This document shows positions 38,849-48,456 of a stretch of 64,000 bases of DNA, in pieces. This DNA is from Nitrososphaeria archaeon (lineage in GTDB: Archaea; Thermoproteota; Nitrososphaeria; JACIWG01). The stretch lies in the NCBI GenBank assembly GCA_050011875.1, contig JBEKIG010000008.1, forward strand, positions 1-64,000. Reading direction: 5' to 3'. The notes beneath the pieces were generated by a model. The model saw nothing but the letters and a program-made list of their open reading frames with translations, had not been told where the DNA came from and made no database searches. Numbering within the stretch: the first letter of the stretch is position 1; each line of letters opens with the position of its first letter. The translations under genes were made by a program, and so were the position numbers.

Positions 38849-40765
38849 TTAACCGTCATAGTCAGGTGACCCTTTTCCAATTTCTTTGTCCCGCAGGAAC
38901 CTTCTTAATATCTTGCCGCTTCTTGTCTTAGGAAGGTTGTTTATCGCTTCAATCTCTGATGGGACAGCTATTAAGCCAATGTATTCAGTGATTCTGCGCC
39001 GAATCTCTTCCATTAATTCGTCGTCGAGTGTCCATCCTTCCTTTAAAACAACGAAGACTTTCACTGTTTCACCTCCTAAAGGAGATGGTTTTCCTATTGC
39101 AGCAGCGTCAATTATCGCAGGATGAGATAGTACAGCCTTCTCTATTTCAGCTGTTCCGATTCTGTACCCTGCTATCTTAATTACGTCATCAGACCTCCCC
39201 TTGATCCAAAAGTATCCATCAGCGTCTCTTGAAGCGATATCGCCTGTGATGTACCATCCTTGAACGATATCCCAATAGTCTATATACTTCCTAGGATCTT
39301 GGAAAACCGTCTCCATCATACCAGGCCAGGGGCCACCGATCGCGAGCAGGCCTTCGTCCCCGTTCTTTAATACTTCACCCGTCGGGGATATCACAGCGGC
39401 TTTTATTGATGGAAAAGGTTTTCCAACGGAACCTGGTTTTAAGGGGATAGATGAGAAACCTGTAATAAGTATTATACCTGTCTCAGTCTGCCACCATGTG
39501 TCAATGACGGGACAGCACTCTTTCCCGACAGCCCTATAGAACCATTTCCAAGTTGAAGAATCAATTGGTTCACCAACGGTTCCGAGTATTCGAAGAGACC
39601 GGAGAGAATATTTTTTTAGAGACGCTTCTTCGGAGATGAAACTCCTGATGTATGTCGGTATGGTGTAAAAGGCGTTGATACCATAATCGTCAATGATCTT
39701 AGCCCACCTTGTAGAGTTTGGATAGCCGAGGTCACCTTCATAGATGAATATGGTTGAACCATTGATTAACGGGCCATAGACTACATAGGTATGCCCTGTA
39801 ATCCAATCGGGTGAGGCCGTGCACCAATAGATGTCGTCGTCCCGAATATTAAAAACCCACTTTGTTGTTAAATAGGAGCTAACCATGTAACCTCCATGAG
39901 AGTGGATTATTCCTTTCGGCTTACCGGCGGTGCCTGAGGTGTAAATTATGAACAGTGGATCATAGGACTCCATTATCTCACATTCGGCGACATCGGGAGC
40001 TCCGTTAACAATTTCGTCCCAAAAGAGGTATACCGGTTCTTCTTTCAAAGGAGTAGGTCTGTACTGCTCTGTTATGATCGGTATGTCCACCCTTTTCTTT
40101 AATATTACGTACTTTAGCGAAGGACACTGTGATAGTTGAGCGATGGTGTTTGCAACTACGGTCAGCTTTCCGCCATAATATGCCCCGTTGGAGGTGATCA
40201 GAACCTTGGAGGCGGTTTCCATAACGCGTTCCCTTAAGATCCTTCCACTATAACCGTAATATATTACATTATGAACTGCACCTATCTTGGCGCAGGCGAG
40301 CATAGCAATAATCTGTTCCGGGACTATTGGAAGAAAGATCGTTACAAAATCGCCTTTTCTGATTCCAAGCTTCTTCAGCGCGTTTGCGAGTTTGTTTACG
40401 TGCCTGTACAGTTCACCATATGTGATGGATCTCTTTTCCCCAGGCTCACCTTCCCAGTAAATGGCGACCTTATTTCTTCTCCATGTATTCGCATGCCTAT
40501 CTAAAGCATTCTGTACAATATTGCATTTGGCGTCAACAAACCATCTTGCTCTAGGGTACTGCCAATCTAAAACCTTGGTCCATGGGTTAAACCATTCAAC
40601 TTCTTTAGCGGCGTCTCCCCAAAAGCCTTCAACGTCGTTTATCGACTTTTCGTAAACTTCATCGTATCTTTTTAAATAAGCTGTTTCGACTACATCTTTT
40701 TGAGGGTAAACCATTTCTTTCCCAGAGTCCAGTGTATTCATGTTCACATTGGCAGGTATTCCCAA
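38849..40765 (-). CDS. acs: Acetyl-CoA synthetase (AMP-forming)
   Basis: YTSGTAGKPKG, WITGHTY, DTWWQTETG, GRSDD, PKTRSGKILRR. Confidence 0.92.
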   Translation of the reverse strand: MGIPANVNMNTLDSGKEMVYPQKDVVETAYLKRYDEVYEKSINDVEGFWGDAAKEVEWFNPWTKVLDWQYPRARWFVDAKCNIVQNALDRHANTWRRNKVAIYWEGEPGEKRSITYGELYRHVNKLANALKKLGIRKGDFVTIFLPIVPEQIIAMLACAKIGAVHNVIYYGYSGRILRERVMETASKVLITSNGAYYGGKLTVVANTIAQLSQCPSLKYVILKKRVDIPIITEQYRPTPLKEEPVYLFWDEIVNGAPDVAECEIMESYDPLFIIYTSGTAGKPKGIIHSHGGYMVSSYLTTKWVFNIRDDDIYWCTASPDWITGHTYVVYGPLINGSTIFIYEGDLGYPNSTRWAKIIDDYGINAFYTIPTYIRSFISEEASLKKYSLRSLRILGTVGEPIDSSTWKWFYRAVGKECCPVIDTWWQTETGIILITGFSSIPLKPGSVGKPFPSIKAAVISPTGEVLKNGDEGLLAIGGPWPGMMETVFQDPRKYIDYWDIVQGWYITGDIASRDADGYFWIKGRSDDVIKIAGYRIGTAEIEKAVLSHPAIIDAAAIGKPSPLGGETVKVFVVLKEGWTLDDELMEEIRRRITEYIGLIAVPSEIEAINNLPKTRSGKILRRFLRDKEIGKGSPDYDG

Positions 40766-40850
40766 GGCAGTTTAAAAATTGTTTCCAACTGTGATTAACA
40801 TTTCAGACTTCGACCCAAGATTTATAAAGAAAAGTTTAAAATGATAGTTT

Positions 40851-41654
40851 ATGGAGCAATTTAGAATCGGTAAAGATGGGAAGATCGATGTTCTGGGGTT
40901 CGGAACATACCGCATAGGAGAAACAATAGGCCTCTCAAGTGATGAAAGCAACATCAAAGCTTTGAAGAAAGCATTCGAGCTGGGCTATAGACTGATTGAT
41001 ACCGCAGAAGAGTATGCTGCAGGGCATACAGAGGAGCTCATCGGAAAAGCGTTGAGGTATGTTGAAAGGGATAATTTTTTTATAACTTCAAAGGTTTGGA
41101 CAAACCATCTGCACTACGGGGATGTGATTAAAGCGTGTGAAGGAAGTCTTAGGCGACTTCAAGTGAAATGCATCGACCTCTACCTCATCCACTGGCCGAA
41201 CTCTCAGGTTCCAATAAAGGAAACGGTCAGTGCTCTTGAAAAGCTTGTAGACGACGGGAAGATAAAGTACATAGGTGTAAGCAACTTTTCAGCGGAAGAG
41301 CTGAAGGAGGCGATGGAATGCACAAGCAAACATCAGATAGTCGCAAACCAAGTTCGCTACAGTCTTCTAGATAAGGAGCCAGAAGTAGACCTGTTGCCTT
41401 TCGCTAAGGAGAACAACGTTAGAATAATCGCTTATACGCCGCTGGAAAGAGGGCACATCAGAATCCCCATGCTAAGAGAACTGTCCTCAAAGTATGTTAA
41501 AACGGAAAACCAGATCGCATTGAACTACCTCATATGTAAAGGATCTGTACCGATACCAAAAGCCGTTCATGAAGAACACATGATCGAAAACCTTGGAGCT
41601 GTCGGATGGAGACTGAGCGACGAAGATGTGGAGAAATTAAGTTCACTGAAATAA
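40851..41654 (+). CDS. Aldo/keto reductase
   Basis: IDTAEEY, ITSKV, DLYLIHWP, IGVSNF, IPKA. Confidence 0.93.
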   Translation: MEQFRIGKDGKIDVLGFGTYRIGETIGLSSDESNIKALKKAFELGYRLIDTAEEYAAGHTEELIGKALRYVERDNFFITSKVWTNHLHYGDVIKACEGSLRRLQVKCIDLYLIHWPNSQVPIKETVSALEKLVDDGKIKYIGVSNFSAEELKEAMECTSKHQIVANQVRYSLLDKEPEVDLLPFAKENNVRIIAYTPLERGHIRIPMLRELSSKYVKTENQIALNYLICKGSVPIPKAVHEEHMIENLGAVGWRLSDEDVEKLSSLK

Positions 41655-41818
41655 ATGGTGCACAAATTTCTTAAAAAAACCTCAAACTTTACATTCAACC
41701 TTCGAGCTTCTGGCCTAAAATGAGCTTGCTTTCGTAGATTATTATCATTTTCATAGTATTAACTATTCTGACGCTGATAGTTATGTTTTTTGAGAAAAAA
41801 TGATGTGAGGAGGAAGCT

Positions 41819-43681
41819 TTAAGCTTTTAGCTTCTCCTTCAATATTTTGTCGACATTATCTAGCCCAAGTTGTTTAAGAGTTTCGGAGGTTGGGATGCCT
41901 TTACTGTCCCATCCCATTATTTGATAGTATTCATTTATCATCTTTTCAACTTCGTCCCTGTTCGTACTTTTACCTTTGTAGGGTCCTGAGGGTAGAGGCT
42001 CATAGAACCTTGAAGGATTTTCGTCGACTCCGGCCCAGCTCGCATCAGGTCCTCCTACAAGAACCGCTGCCCTTTGAATCTGGAGAATTCTTTTGGCGAT
42101 GTCGTTGTACCATTCATCAAAAGATATTCCGAATCCTGTAACCGCATTTATAAAGTCTATCTGGAATTGTGGAGTGACCTTGAATTGATTGAACATACAG
42201 AATACACCGGAATCCGATATGAGTGTTGTATGCTCACTGCTTCCATGCGTTATCGGTATATAGGCTACTGAAGTGTGGTCACCTCCCTGCACCGAACAGG
42301 CATAGGATACAGGCTGTACAAAATCGAGGCCGCTTCTTATTCCGTGTGCTCCACAGGAAACTCCCTTGGATTGAATTGCATACTTTAGCAGATCTTTACC
42401 CTTAGTCTTACCTAGCTTCTGTGCCGCCCGATATGTGCCCTCAGCTAGCGTGTTGCCAATGCCTTTTCTAAAAGCGATCATTTCAGCAAGTTTTGCAAAG
42501 GCTTTAGCATCACCCCACTTTAGCTCTATTCCATCAAGATCTTCCTTGGTCAAAATGCCGCGTTGATATAATTCCCCTGCAAAGCCCATGACGTTTCCCC
42601 CTTGAATGCCACAGAAACCTAGGTCTTCAATCATGGAATTCAGATACACGTTAGCTTCTGGCGTGAAAACCCCCAGGTTTGGCCCAAAATATGCTTGAGT
42701 TTCATAGTCTGGATTGTCTGTTACAGCGCCCTTGAACTCGCCTACCCTTACAACCGAGAGTTTTTCGCATGCTGTTGGGCAGCCGAAGTCAGCCCAAAAT
42801 CTTTTAACCCAAACCCTGCTCTCATACTGTTCAACACCAATGGATTTTTCATCATGCCACTCCTCTTGCCAGTTCCTAACAGGCTCTGAGCTTGAATCGT
42901 TGCCTACAGCGTAACCTAAATTACCTGTGCCCCATCTTCTAAAAGAGTCGTTTGTATAACATGCTTTTCTGCATTCTTCAATAAGTTTTATTGTCCGATC
43001 CATGTCGTCAACAGCTGGCAGAGGTCCTGTGCCTCTAGCTAGAACAGCTTTAAGTTTCTTCGACCCCATTACGGAGCCGTAGCCGCCATATCCTGCTCCA
43101 TGCGCCCACTTGCCCTGTACACCGGCTATTCTGCATCTATTCTCTCCCGCTGGACCTATGTACACCATCGAAGGCTCTCTCCACTCACGTTCGGTGTACT
43201 TTTTGTTCCATTCGTCCCTCACATCTCTTGATAGCGTCAGCGAGGTTTTTTTACCGTCTTTACCCCAAACATAGCTGGCGTCTCTTACTTCAATTGTAGA
43301 ATCTTTTACGAGTATGTAGGAAGGTTTCTCCGCTACGCCGGTAACGATTAATCCGTCCCAGCCTGCGCATCTTAGGTCAATTGCAAACTCACCCGCCATT
43401 GTGCTTCCGACGATGCCGTTGCTTTGAGGGGACTTCCCTGAAATACAGATTCTCCCGCCAGGATAATATCCCGTTAGCGGGCCAGTTAAAATTAGTAAAA
43501 CATTTTCTGGGCCTAGTGGGTCAACTTCATCCCATTTGTCTCCAAGCCGATCCCATAATATTTTTACGGATAAACCTCTTCCACCGATGTACGTTCTCAG
43601 TGTTTTATCATCAAACTTTACATCCTTTATTTTCCCACTGCTCAAGTCCACTTCAGCATATTTTCCTGCATATCCTTTCAT
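41819..43681 (-). CDS. AOR-family tungsten oxidoreductase (non-classical branch)
   Basis: GGRGL, KSPQS, GPAGEN, GSVMGSKKLKA, GCPTAC, DNPDYE; shares subfamily motifs with the 8538-10385 paralogue. Confidence 0.9.
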   Translation of the reverse strand: MKGYAGKYAEVDLSSGKIKDVKFDDKTLRTYIGGRGLSVKILWDRLGDKWDEVDPLGPENVLLILTGPLTGYYPGGRICISGKSPQSNGIVGSTMAGEFAIDLRCAGWDGLIVTGVAEKPSYILVKDSTIEVRDASYVWGKDGKKTSLTLSRDVRDEWNKKYTEREWREPSMVYIGPAGENRCRIAGVQGKWAHGAGYGGYGSVMGSKKLKAVLARGTGPLPAVDDMDRTIKLIEECRKACYTNDSFRRWGTGNLGYAVGNDSSSEPVRNWQEEWHDEKSIGVEQYESRVWVKRFWADFGCPTACEKLSVVRVGEFKGAVTDNPDYETQAYFGPNLGVFTPEANVYLNSMIEDLGFCGIQGGNVMGFAGELYQRGILTKEDLDGIELKWGDAKAFAKLAEMIAFRKGIGNTLAEGTYRAAQKLGKTKGKDLLKYAIQSKGVSCGAHGIRSGLDFVQPVSYACSVQGGDHTSVAYIPITHGSSEHTTLISDSGVFCMFNQFKVTPQFQIDFINAVTGFGISFDEWYNDIAKRILQIQRAAVLVGGPDASWAGVDENPSRFYEPLPSGPYKGKSTNRDEVEKMINEYYQIMGWDSKGIPTSETLKQLGLDNVDKILKEKLKA

Positions 43682-43685
43682 ACCT

Positions 43686-44225
43686 TCACACCTCCAGTTT
43701 TTCTCCGTAAATCAGCTCAGATAACCCTTCCGTTATTAGCTTGGGAAGCTTAGAATAGAGCCTGTGATTAATATGTTCACCCTCCCCCTTAGTATAGTAT
43801 TTTGTGCTCAGACAGTTGTACTGGGCTTCCTGACATATTTTTGAACATTGAGGTTCTCCGTTGCACAGGTCACAAATCGTTGCCTTGTTGTCTGCGGGGT
43901 GCAAAAATGGAACATGCCCGGGGCATGCTCGGATGCAATTCTTGCAACTTATGCAGATTTTCCTATCAACTAAAACCGCACCAGTTTTCTCGTCGACTGA
44001 AAGCGCCTTTTTTGGTTTTGTTGGACAGGAAGCTACACATGGGTAATCATGACATTGAGCGCAAAGATGAGGAACTTCTAAACCGGGTGCAAGCATGAAG
44101 ACGCGTACCATTGAAGCTTCAGGCCAGATCTTCTTTTCATGGTATAAGGAGCACGCGATTTCACACATTCTACAGCCGGTGCATTTGGGGTAATCTCTCA
44201 TTACCCAAACCCAATCCGATGACAT
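43686..44225 (-). CDS. 4Fe-4S dicluster subunit of the AOR module
   Basis: CTGCRMCEIAC, CAQCHDYPCVASCP, CISCKNCIRACP, CDLC. Confidence 0.92.
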   Translation of the reverse strand: MSSDWVWVMRDYPKCTGCRMCEIACSLYHEKKIWPEASMVRVFMLAPGLEVPHLCAQCHDYPCVASCPTKPKKALSVDEKTGAVLVDRKICISCKNCIRACPGHVPFLHPADNKATICDLCNGEPQCSKICQEAQYNCLSTKYYTKGEGEHINHRLYSKLPKLITEGLSELIYGEKLEV

Positions 44226-44470
44226 GGCAAACCATTTGGAAGCTTAACCTAATAAGTATTTCCAAGTTTGGCTCTGGTGCGTCTTAGGGGCTTACCAATC
44301 GGAATATTAGGGTGGTGCATGTCGGGGCATGCAAAGTTCTTAAGACCTGCTTTTGATGATTAGATCACGACTCTCCGCCACTTATTCTGTGTGACGTTCA
44401 CCCCAGCCTTCTATTACTTTCAACCGATTATGGTTTAGAAAAAACTAATTATTACATTGAGGATTTTAAA

Positions 44471-44640
44471 GATGTTGATGTTGTTGATGTTGTTGATGTT
44501 GTTAGAGTAGATATAGTAGATAAAGTAGATACTTGCCTATACTTGTATGGTGCATGCCTATACTTGCATGATGCTTATGCGTACGTACGTTGTTTATATA
44601 CGGTGTTTTACTTTGTTTTACGGGGTTTTACTATGTTTAA
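44471..44640. repeat. Consecutive short tandem arrays inside the element
   Basis: GATGTTGTT x3; AGTAGATA x3 (9-bp period); TGCCTATACTTG x2 (21-bp period); CNNNGTTTWA x4 (10-bp period). Confidence 0.85.
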
Positions 44641-44827
44641 TTCATATTATATTTTTCTTGTTATGCTTGGCTTCACATTTCTTGTTTTTTCACTCAACTT
44701 GTATATTGATTTAAACTACAATACTTTAGAAAAAAACTTAATACTGTGGTTGTACTTCCTCTTTGGTCTTTCAAGTGTTATTGTTGGCCATCTTATAAAA
44801 AGGGGTAAATTTTTTGCGCCACCATAA
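44633..44827 (+). CDS. Small two-TM membrane protein, possible passenger of the element
   Basis: 64 aa MFNSYYIFLVMLGFTFLVFSLNL...LILWLYFLFGLSSVIVGHLIKRGK; hydrophobicity may simply reflect T-rich DNA. Confidence 0.4.
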   Translation: MFNSYYIFLVMLGFTFLVFSLNLYIDLNYNTLEKNLILWLYFLFGLSSVIVGHLIKRGKFFAPP

Positions 44828-45127
44828 TGCAATGGAGAGATTGCACCTTTTTTTAAGATAAAATGTTCTTTTCAATATCTAAAAGATAATGCAAAAAAGG
44901 GCTTTTCTGGATTATTATCTACTTTTTTCTCCTTACTTAGATTCGGTATTCTTCTGCTGGCACCATGCCCCGACTTGCACCACAAGACAATCCTAATTGA
45001 CTAAGCCCCTAAGACGCACCAGAGCCCCAAGTTTCATCTAAAACTTATGTTAATGTTTAGAGGGTTGCGAAGTGTACGCTTTTAAAATCGTAACACTTAA
45101 TAAAAAGAAAGGAGATAAGGTGATTGA

Positions 45128-45892
45128 GTGAATAAATTGACAGACACTGGAAAAATTTTGCGAATGGGTAATATAACAAAAAAGGATGGCAGAACATTAG
45201 TGATCGCCATGGACCATGGCGGTGGTGGAACAACTCTTGGAATAGAAGATATTGAAGACGTTGTTGACAAAGTAATAGAAGGGGGGGCAGACTCGATACT
45301 TGCAAACCTGGGTTTCGCTAGGAGAATAGCGAAGACAATTAGAGGGAGAATTGGATTAGTATTGTCGATACCATACGATCCGGTCTACGTTAAACTAGCT
45401 GCTCAGATCGGTGCGGACATGGTGAAGACGACATACTTTGGCCCTGTACCTCTCAGCGAGGAAAAAATGAAGCAAATTGAAGAAATAACGTTAGCTTCAG
45501 AAGAATGGGGAATGCCCTCAATGGTTGAAGTTGTCCCGGTGGACAACCAAGGTAGGACTATCTACGACTTGTCCGCAATAAAGCAGGCGGCAAGAATAGG
45601 GTCAGAGCTTGGAGGGGACATCATTAAAACAGCGTATGTAGGTAGCCCGCATGAATACAGAGAAGTGACAAGAACCTGCCTTACGCCTATAGTCGTAATG
45701 GGCGGTCCAAAAATGGATAGCGCTTCGGATCTACTGAAGATGGTTAAAGACAGTGTTGAAGCTGGTGCCATCGGTGGTGCCATAGGAAGGAACATATGGC
45801 AGTACAAAGATCCTGTAAAGATTACGAGAGCAGCAATAAGTATCATTCACGAAAAAGCGAGCTTAGAAGAAGCTTTGAAGGTGCTCAAATAG
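45128..45892 (+). CDS. Class I aldolase, DhnA/FbaB/LsrF family
   Basis: IAMDHG, ARIGSELGGDIIKTAY (Schiff-base Lys), MGGPK, GAIGRNIWQ. Confidence 0.88.
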   Translation: MNKLTDTGKILRMGNITKKDGRTLVIAMDHGGGGTTLGIEDIEDVVDKVIEGGADSILANLGFARRIAKTIRGRIGLVLSIPYDPVYVKLAAQIGADMVKTTYFGPVPLSEEKMKQIEEITLASEEWGMPSMVEVVPVDNQGRTIYDLSAIKQAARIGSELGGDIIKTAYVGSPHEYREVTRTCLTPIVVMGGPKMDSASDLLKMVKDSVEAGAIGGAIGRNIWQYKDPVKITRAAISIIHEKASLEEALKVLK

Positions 45893-45954
45893 AAACCGAA
45901 GATAAAATCTTTATTGTTTTATCCTTTTACTGCATCTTCCAAAACAACTGTTTA

Positions 45955-46233
45955 TCAATATTCTATACCAAATGTTTGAAACTCCCCGCTATATGTATCT
46001 GATGTAACTTCAACCTTTTCGACCTCCGCACCAGGGGGGCCTGTCTTGCACCATTCGATAAGCTTTCTGAGAGAAGCCTCTTCGCCCTCCAAAACCGCAT
46101 ATACGCGTCCGTCATCAAGGTTTCTGGCATAGCCTTTTACACCTAATTCCATAGCTTTATTTCTAATACTTCCTCTGAAGAAGACACCTTGAACTGAGCC
46201 AGAAATATATATGTGAACTCTTGTCTCCGCCAT
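45955..46233 (-). CDS. acyP: Acylphosphatase
   Basis: GSVQGVFFR, GYARNLDDGRV, GPPGA. Confidence 0.95.
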   Translation of the reverse strand: MAETRVHIYISGSVQGVFFRGSIRNKAMELGVKGYARNLDDGRVYAVLEGEEASLRKLIEWCKTGPPGAEVEKVEVTSDTYSGEFQTFGIEY

Positions 46234-46630
46234 ATCATCACAGTATTTTGGACTGATATTATTTAATATGTTTAAGATTGGCCAGTAATTCCAATATTCT
46301 TATTTCTATATCATCTATTTCAAGGTCTTCATCTAGATTTCTGACGCCTAAAAGGGGCTGTTAAATAATAAATGGGCCAATTCATGAATATGTTTTTGTT
46401 ACTCTAACTCTAACAAAAGACCTTGGTCTCACACATGATTGAAGCAGTAGAACTTCCCCAGATGGTTTAAAAATCTAATGTAGCTTCCGTTGCCAAGACC
46501 TTATAGATGACAAGATAGATTCTATTAGTGTATTTACAGTAGGTCAGTTTACAAAAACGTTCTTATTAATTCTAAGATAAGAGCCTATTTTTATTTTTCT
46601 TTAAAAAATAATAAAAAGGAATAAAAAGGA

Positions 46631-46939
46631 TCAGGTGAGGGAAACCCTAAGTTGGACCTCTTCAGGCATCTTCAAACGCATGAACTGCCTTAGAGTACGT
46701 TCATCCTGATCAATTTCCACATACCTTCTGTGAATTCTCAGCTCCCATTTATTAAAAGTATTTGTGCCTTCACCACTCGGAGATTTCCTTACAGTGAGCT
46801 TTCTCTTCTTCGTTGGTAAAGGTACAGGCCCGCGCATCTTTACCCCAGTCTTTTCAGTAATAGCCTTTATCTGGTTGCAAACATCATCCAGTAGTTTGAC
46901 GTTTGTACTCGTTAGTATTATTTTTGCTTTTCCTGGCAA
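46631..46939 (-). CDS. rps10: 30S ribosomal protein S10 (uS10)
   Basis: GPVPLPT, RKSPSGEG, WELRIHRR; followed by two tandem TCCTTTTTAT tracts. Confidence 0.97.
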   Translation of the reverse strand: MPGKAKIILTSTNVKLLDDVCNQIKAITEKTGVKMRGPVPLPTKKRKLTVRKSPSGEGTNTFNKWELRIHRRYVEIDQDERTLRQFMRLKMPEEVQLRVSLT

Positions 46940-46976
46940 ACAGGCACACCACCAATGGGTAAAGGTCAGAAGGTTT

Positions 46977-48275
46977 TTAGCCTTTTATCGTAACTTCTTT
47001 CACAATACCTGCGCCTATAGTTGTGCCCATGTCACGTACCGCAAAGCGGCCCATTTGTGGTATCACGCTATACGGTTCAATCGCGAGAGGTCTTAATGGA
47101 GCGAGTCTCACTAGCGCGCTGTCTCCTGTTTTTATAGACTTAGGTTTATCTTCGACGACTTGGCCACTTCTTGGGTCTATTCTAGCAATAATCTCCTTAA
47201 ATGTCGTAGCCACTTGGGAAGTGTGCGCGTGCAATACAGGAGTGTATCCCGCTGATATTGCAGAAGGATGGTATATTATAATCAGCTGAGCGATGAATTC
47301 CTTAGCTACCGTAGGTGGGTTATCTGCTAATCCAATTACAAAACCTCTTTTAATGTCCGTCTTAGAAACTCCCCTTAGGTTTACGCCTACATTATCTCCT
47401 GGAATAGCTTTTTCTATTGGAGTGTGATGCATTTCGATTGACTTGACTTCAGCTGCAAAGTTACCCGGATTGATTACTACTTTATCATTTGGTCTGAGAA
47501 CACCTGTCTCTACTCGTCCGACTGGCACAGTGCCTACACCCGTAATGGAGTAAACATCTTGAATCGGCATACGGAAAGGTTTGTCGATGGGCTTCGATGG
47601 CTCACTAATGTTGTCAAGCGCCTCCTGAATTGTGGGTCCCTTGTACCATGGCATGTTAGTTGATCTCTGAACAAGGTTTTCTCCAGTCCATCCTGAAACA
47701 GGAATGAACGGAATCTTTGATATGTCGAATCCTGTTGTCCTTAGCAATTTCTCGAATTCTGGCTTAACAACATTATACCTTTCTTCAGCATATTTCACTG
47801 TGGCATCATCCATCTTGTTTATCAGTGCTATGATTTGTTGAACTCCCAAGGTTTTTAGTAAAAATGCATGCTCCCTTGTCTGTCCTCCAAAACCTAGTCC
47901 GACTTCAGTTTCTCCAGGTTTCCCTGAAAGGACGACTATTGCGACATCGGCTTGGCTGGCACCTGTGATCATATTCTTTATGAAATCTCTATGACCAGGT
48001 GCGTCTATTAGAGTATAGTAATATTTTTTTGTTTCAAATTTCTGAAATGCTAGATCGATGGTAACACCACGTTCTCTTTCATCCTTCAATCTATCGAGAA
48101 CCCAAGCATATTTGAAAGAATCTCCTACACCAAGTTTTTCAGATTCCTTGGCGTATTCTTCTATTGTCCTGGCATCGACTCCTCCCATTTCAACTAGGAA
48201 ATGGCCCATAGTGGTTGACTTACCGTGGTCAACATGGCCTGTAACTACCAGGTTTAGATGTGGTTTAGTAGACAT
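46977..48275 (-). CDS. tuf: Translation elongation factor EF-1 alpha
   Basis: GHVDHGKST, ERERGVTID, DAPGHRDFIKNMITG, NKMD. Confidence 0.98.
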   Translation of the reverse strand: MSTKPHLNLVVTGHVDHGKSTTMGHFLVEMGGVDARTIEEYAKESEKLGVGDSFKYAWVLDRLKDERERGVTIDLAFQKFETKKYYYTLIDAPGHRDFIKNMITGASQADVAIVVLSGKPGETEVGLGFGGQTREHAFLLKTLGVQQIIALINKMDDATVKYAEERYNVVKPEFEKLLRTTGFDISKIPFIPVSGWTGENLVQRSTNMPWYKGPTIQEALDNISEPSKPIDKPFRMPIQDVYSITGVGTVPVGRVETGVLRPNDKVVINPGNFAAEVKSIEMHHTPIEKAIPGDNVGVNLRGVSKTDIKRGFVIGLADNPPTVAKEFIAQLIIIYHPSAISAGYTPVLHAHTSQVATTFKEIIARIDPRSGQVVEDKPKSIKTGDSALVRLAPLRPLAIEPYSVIPQMGRFAVRDMGTTIGAGIVKEVTIKG

Positions 48276-48456
48276 TTTCTACACCTTTGCACCGATTTTG
48301 AACTTCAACCTTATTATATAAACTATATGGTTCAAGACATGTTTAGCAATCTTATCATAATTTAATAATCGAATGGTATCGTCCTAGATTAAGATCTTCT
48401 CGAGTTTGAAGTAGGTTTCGTTACAAGCTGTTGTATTCGATTTATTCTCTATAGTT

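Larger units (their letters stand above)
44270..45026. mobile_element. 757-bp non-autonomous IS-derived element (MITE or mobile cassette)
   Basis: Perfect 25-bp TIR GGCTCTGGTGCGTCTTAGGGGCTTA (44270-44294 / 45002-45026); subterminal 19/20 IR (44312-44331 / 44964-44983); 8-bp TSD CCAAGTTT (44262-44269 / 45027-45034); no transposase ORF. Confidence 0.92.

Noticed and set aside
44360-44632. Long open frame through the repeats, in frame with the small membrane ORF
   Set aside because: No start codon until TTG 44543; the low-complexity translation (DVVDVV) is explained by repeat periods that are multiples of 3
44471-44640. CRISPR array
   Set aside because: Units are 9-21 bp, directly adjacent, without unique spacers; no cas genes in the window
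46611-46630. 10-bp tandem repeat ATAAAAAGGA x2
   Set aside because: Reads as T-tract terminator sequence after rps10 on the minus strand; ordinary
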